The notes beneath the pieces are model-generated. The model saw only the letters and a list, made by a program, of their open reading frames with translations, made no database searches and had not been told where the DNA came from. A stretch of DNA of 64,000 nucleotides from Bacteroidota bacterium. GTDB lineage: Bacteria; Bacteroidota; Ignavibacteria; Kapaibacteriales; UBA2268. The stretch lies in contig JAKIZO010000005.1 of the NCBI GenBank assembly GCA_022707965.1, positions 687-64,686 of the forward strand, read 5' to 3'. Below, in pieces: positions 60,149 through 64,000 of the stretch (position 1 is the stretch's first letter; every line of letters begins with the position of its first letter). The position numbers were made by a program, and so were the translations under genes.

Positions 60149-62555
60149 TTTTACCTCTATTTTTGAATACTACATAATTTCCAATAATCGGGAATGTGCT
60201 ATACCAGCGTTGCCTTTCGAGCTTTTCGCTTTTCAAAAATTGTCGCAGAAGTGTATTTTTGATTTCTCTAATTTCTTTGTCATCTTTATTGTCTTTTGAA
60301 TTAATCGCGTGTTCCGACAATTCGCGGCGTGCGAATAGATAATGAAGTTTTGCAGTAAGATTGTATATTTTTTCTGTGTTCAGCTCGCCTTTTTTGTCGA
60401 AAGTCTGCCTCACATTCGATAGCAGGCGATAAACAAAACTCGACGTTATCCCTTTCGAAGATGACTTGTTTTTGTCTATTGCCTCGTTCAGGCTTTTGGC
60501 GAACTTAATTTTGTCTTCCAGTTCTTTCCAATAGACAACCGTTTCGAACACCGAAATTTTATCTTTTTTGCCTTTTTCAGTGTCTTCCCTGTGTATTGCA
60601 GTTCTCTTTGCTCTTGATTCTTCTGCACCCGAAATCAATGCGGATTTAGCAATAGGGTATGTGGGCTTTGTAATGGCAATTCCTGCCGATAGAGTAATAT
60701 TTGGATTTTTTGTTGTGTATTCAGCGAAGTTTTCTTTCACTTTTTTTGCAAATTCAATGATATTTACCCACGAACCGACTGCAAAAAGGTCGTCCCCGCC
60801 CGAATATGTAATGTATATATCGTGCTCTTTCGCAAGCAAATCCACATCACGAGTGAAGAACATATCCATCTGCCGCGAAAGCGTAGCAAGCCGCGATATA
60901 GAATATCTCTTTTTCTCCTCTTTATTCTCCATTTCTTGTTTTTGCGTCCATTTTAGCCCCTTCTTGAAAATATACCCAAGATTGTCCACATCCATACGCA
61001 GAACCCCAAGCAACGGGTAGTTCTTTGACTTCAACTCGGATATTTCGCTAAACTCCAACAACTCGTAATTATTTTTCTGATTTCTTGGCGCATTTCTTGC
61101 AATAAACTTAAAAGACAAAGCTATCGGAATATCGCAGAATTCCCTTGTAATATCGGCATTTTGTGCTATTTCAGTGTCCTTAATTGAATAAATTGTTGCA
61201 AATTCAGGTTTTTGATTATATATACTTTTGATAAACTCTTTACAATGCTCTTTGCTGTCCGCCAGATACCAGTAAGTGCAAAAATGAGGCAATTTAACCA
61301 CGCGTCTGCTGAATTTTTCCTCAAAACCAATTTCCTTTGTTGATACAATTTCCACGATATACTTTGTGTGCGGTATCGCACCTCCAATTTCATCAAAACT
61401 TATTCCCTTTATTTCACTCAGCTGTTCTTCGACTGTTTCGGGGAAGATACGTTCAAGAATACTCAAAGATTTTCTTGATTTTTTCTGCCTCAACTCACTG
61501 CCCAATTTTCTCTGAACTTCATCGAACTCAACAAAAATTTCGTTTATTGACGCTTCCACCCAGGCAAGAACAACTTGCAAAGAACTTCGAAATACTTCGT
61601 ATAGCGACAGATTTATTCTTTTTTCCAGTTCTTCTAATTTCTTCCGATTTTCAGTATTTGCAGGAATTAATATCTCAAATCCGCCACCGCTATTATATAC
61701 AATGTTCCCATCGTATAGATTGAATTCTCTAATAATATAGTTGCCAATTGTATCAGCAAGTAATTTCACAAAGAAAGACCTACCCCGAAGCTTTTTCGAA
61801 GCTTTGTCGGTGTCCTTTATCTCGGAATAAATGAAATTCTGTATTCCCGAAATGTCGCCTTTAAGCAATATCACTTTATCAATGCTTTCCTCTGCTTGCG
61901 ACATACATACCGATGCAGCTGCAACCATTCGGCTATGGTCGAATAGCGAAATATCGGGGTTTGTCAGATAACTTGCTGAACTCACAGTAGAAGTGTATTT
62001 CCACAATAGCGAAAATAATGTGCTAAGCATAGCTTGCTTGTGGTCTGTGCAGCCATTCTTGTATATTGTCTCTAATTCTTCTGTAAATTCTTCCCAACTT
62101 TCTTTATGCAAATCAATCATTTCCTCTTCATCTGGTTGCCAGCTCTTTTCGGTAACATTCCTTTTGTGCACAGGTCTTGTTATCTCAATATTTAGGCGTT
62201 TTAGCGGCTTGGGCTCTAAATAATACACTTCGCTGGGGGCATCGCCAATACCAATATCAATATACTTGAAAATAGACATCAGAGGACGTCGAGTTTCTTT
62301 GCTCTCTTGTTTTATGCGTTCGCTTGCAGCAGCGTGGTCAGCTTCGCGAACAAAAGTATTGCCTCTTACAAGAGCTTTTAGTATTTCATTACCTTTTGGT
62401 TTGAAGCATTCAAACTTGGTTGTCAGATATTCGCTTGCGAACCTTTCGCCAAGCATTTCGTGGTCGACGCCTCTTTGGGTTTTTTGAGCTCGAAAGGCGA
62501 ACTTCCCTATATCGTGAAGCAGTCCGCCAAGATAAGTAATATCAGTTTGGTTCAT
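60138..62555 (-). CDS. cas10: Cas10/Csm1 with intact HD nuclease and GGDD cyclase motifs
   Basis: The N-terminal LGGLLHDIGKF has its HD at 62511-62516. The cyclase motif YSGGDDLFAVGSW has GGDD at 60789-60800. 805 aa. Confidence 0.92.
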   Translation of the reverse strand: MNQTDITYLGGLLHDIGKFAFRAQKTQRGVDHEMLGERFASEYLTTKFECFKPKGNEILKALVRGNTFVREADHAAASERIKQESKETRRPLMSIFKYIDIGIGDAPSEVYYLEPKPLKRLNIEITRPVHKRNVTEKSWQPDEEEMIDLHKESWEEFTEELETIYKNGCTDHKQAMLSTLFSLLWKYTSTVSSASYLTNPDISLFDHSRMVAAASVCMSQAEESIDKVILLKGDISGIQNFIYSEIKDTDKASKKLRGRSFFVKLLADTIGNYIIREFNLYDGNIVYNSGGGFEILIPANTENRKKLEELEKRINLSLYEVFRSSLQVVLAWVEASINEIFVEFDEVQRKLGSELRQKKSRKSLSILERIFPETVEEQLSEIKGISFDEIGGAIPHTKYIVEIVSTKEIGFEEKFSRRVVKLPHFCTYWYLADSKEHCKEFIKSIYNQKPEFATIYSIKDTEIAQNADITREFCDIPIALSFKFIARNAPRNQKNNYELLEFSEISELKSKNYPLLGVLRMDVDNLGYIFKKGLKWTQKQEMENKEEKKRYSISRLATLSRQMDMFFTRDVDLLAKEHDIYITYSGGDDLFAVGSWVNIIEFAKKVKENFAEYTTKNPNITLSAGIAITKPTYPIAKSALISGAEESRAKRTAIHREDTEKGKKDKISVFETVVYWKELEDKIKFAKSLNEAIDKNKSSSKGITSSFVYRLLSNVRQTFDKKGELNTEKIYNLTAKLHYLFARRELSEHAINSKDNKDDKEIREIKNTLLRQFLKSEKLERQRWYSTFPIIGNYVVFKNRGKNGK

Positions 62556-62558
62556 AAA

Positions 62559-63572
62559 TTATTTCACTATTTTTATTCTATTTTTACTTAATTTAATCCC
62601 GTATTTTTTGTCGGCGTAGCTTCCAAGAGTGCTAATAATATAGAAATCGCTCATTAATTCATTATCTAACGCTTGTGTGATTTGGTTTTTGATAACCGAA
62701 ATTGATTTTTGCAAGTTCTCGAAATTTAATTTCCCTTTCTCGAACAATCCCGACTGTGCTCTCTGCAAATGTCCTTGCGATGGTGTGTATTTGCAGTATA
62801 TTTCCCATATTTCAGATAAATTCTTATCGGAAAACGATTTGCCACCACGTAGAAATTTTCCCGCTTTCTTTGCAAAAAAGAAATATACTGCAAAAGGCAA
62901 CGGCTGCATTTGCACCACTTTGTTACCTATTGATATTCGCCTTGTGTTCGGATAAATTTCGAGTATTGGCAATTCGATACGGCTATCGAGTTCTTCCTGT
63001 GCGGTTTGTATTAAGTCGTTGACCTCTAAATTGCCACTTTTACCCGGATTAAACTTCAATTTTATAAAAGGCTTTTCGAAAAAAACAATCTCATTTGCTT
63101 CTTCATCGCTTTCGGGATAAAATTGCTTGCTTGCGGCAAATTTTTCGCTTGCAACAACGTGATACATCTTATCTGCGTCGCCACCGAACACCGATAGGGC
63201 AATTGCCAAATCAACGCTCATCGTTTTTCTGCCACCGGAAATTAAGCAGTGCAATGTGTTGCCTCGAAGCTTCTCGGATTTTACTACGTCGAATATTAAC
63301 TTTGTCAAAGAACTGCTCGATTTTTTGTTGTATAATTCGTCATCTGCTGATAAATACTCAACACTCCATTCTTTTTTCAAATTGTAATAACCCTGGAATT
63401 CCTTTAATTTCAACGAAAGCGTTTTCTCTATGCTTCCCCGGCAATCGTTCGTTGTTATGATAATTATTCTTTGAATTTCCTGTCGCTGCTTGAACTCTAA
63501 AAAATATAACGCCTCCGTCAATATTTGCGGACTTTTGCCCACCAAACATATTAATACGTTATCTACATTCAT
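62559..63572 (-). CDS. NE0113/Csx14-like CARF-domain protein with unassigned C-terminal domain (about 150 aa)
   Basis: The N-terminus ICLVGKSPQILTEALYFL and ISGGRKTMS match the NE0113-type CARF signature as I recall it. It lies 3 nt upstream of cas10 on the same strand. Confidence 0.6.
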   Translation of the reverse strand: MNVDNVLICLVGKSPQILTEALYFLEFKQRQEIQRIIIITTNDCRGSIEKTLSLKLKEFQGYYNLKKEWSVEYLSADDELYNKKSSSSLTKLIFDVVKSEKLRGNTLHCLISGGRKTMSVDLAIALSVFGGDADKMYHVVASEKFAASKQFYPESDEEANEIVFFEKPFIKLKFNPGKSGNLEVNDLIQTAQEELDSRIELPILEIYPNTRRISIGNKVVQMQPLPFAVYFFFAKKAGKFLRGGKSFSDKNLSEIWEIYCKYTPSQGHLQRAQSGLFEKGKLNFENLQKSISVIKNQITQALDNELMSDFYIISTLGSYADKKYGIKLSKNRIKIVK

Positions 63573-63618
63573 CTTTCGCTATTATACTAAAAATTAATTA
63601 ACAAAACAAAAATTTTTT

Positions 63619-64000
63619 TTATTTACTCAAAAATTCTAATATAGCACTTTCGAAATAACCTGTTGAATTGCAATTTATTGTTGTTGCCTTTGTTATATAC
63701 CACAATTTTGTATTAAAATCCATCTTCAATAAATTATGCAATGCGTTATAGTTAGCTACCACTCTCACTTTTGTTTGGTTCTCATTAATCTTCGTTAGCA
63801 AAATATTCCAATTGCAACTAACTTCCTCGATTTTACCTTGCCAACCAAAACCGCTTCCAGGCACACCACAATCGCATAATTGTCCAGAACTGCCATATTT
63901 CATTGTTTTTGACCTGATTACGTTACTTGTTTTGTCCATTTGTTCTATCGGTATATCTGCTTCTACAAAGAAAGTTATCAGCATTTCCCAAACTTTGTCG
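63619..64000 (-). CDS. Hypothetical protein (reading frame open to the window edge; may start beyond 64000)
   Basis: A 121-aa ORF starts at Met 63984, and the frame stays open upstream (..DKVWE-M). No motif is recognised; it contains CDCGVPGSGFGWQGK. Confidence 0.35.
   Translation of the reverse strand, partial: DKVWEMLITFFVEADIPIEQMDKTSNVIRSKTMKYGSSGQLCDCGVPGSGFGWQGKIEEVSCNWNILLTKINENQTKVRVVANYNALHNLLKMDFNTKLWYITKATTINCNSTGYFESAILEFLSK

Overview
The window comes from a low-GC diderm bacterium, judged by LptF/G, a SurA-like PPIase and LspA. I cannot place the lineage from sequence alone. There are five blocks.
(1) 1-18.1 kb is a complete, collinear ribosomal super-operon: rpsG fragment, fusA, tuf, S10, spc and alpha clusters, plus secY, map, infA and rpmJ. 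rpsD is not at its usual place, and the L5 and L17 proteins carry extensions.
(2) 18.1-33.7 kb is housekeeping: MoxR ATPase, metal permease-HMA fusion, LCP-like protein, SixA-like phosphatase, recQ, gltX, comEA-like, hemW-like, LptF/G permease, ferredoxin and clpP. It also holds two unexplained structured or repetitive intergenic regions that share a CCTTCSGAAGG palindrome.
(3) 33.8-45.8 kb is a same-strand run of six PAS / histidine-kinase signalling genes.
(4) 46-53.4 kb holds ppk1, a SurA-like PPIase, a REC-CheC-like-HK module, rluD and lspA.
(5) 53.5-63.6 kb is the accessory region, a type III-A (Csm) CRISPR-Cas effector locus. It has a divergent cas6 and a nine-gene minus-strand operon. 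That operon runs: NE0113-like CARF protein with an unassigned C-terminal domain, cas10, csm2-5, a Csx3 ring-nuclease domain fused to a P-loop NTPase, and a CARF-HEPN Csx1.
I could find no cas1/cas2, CRISPR array, transposase or integrase, and no rRNA or tRNA anywhere in the window. The most interesting item is the three-sensor cyclic-oligoadenylate signalling set, especially the Csx3-NTPase fusion. All calls rest on reading the supplied translations and the DNA by eye; no database search was run.
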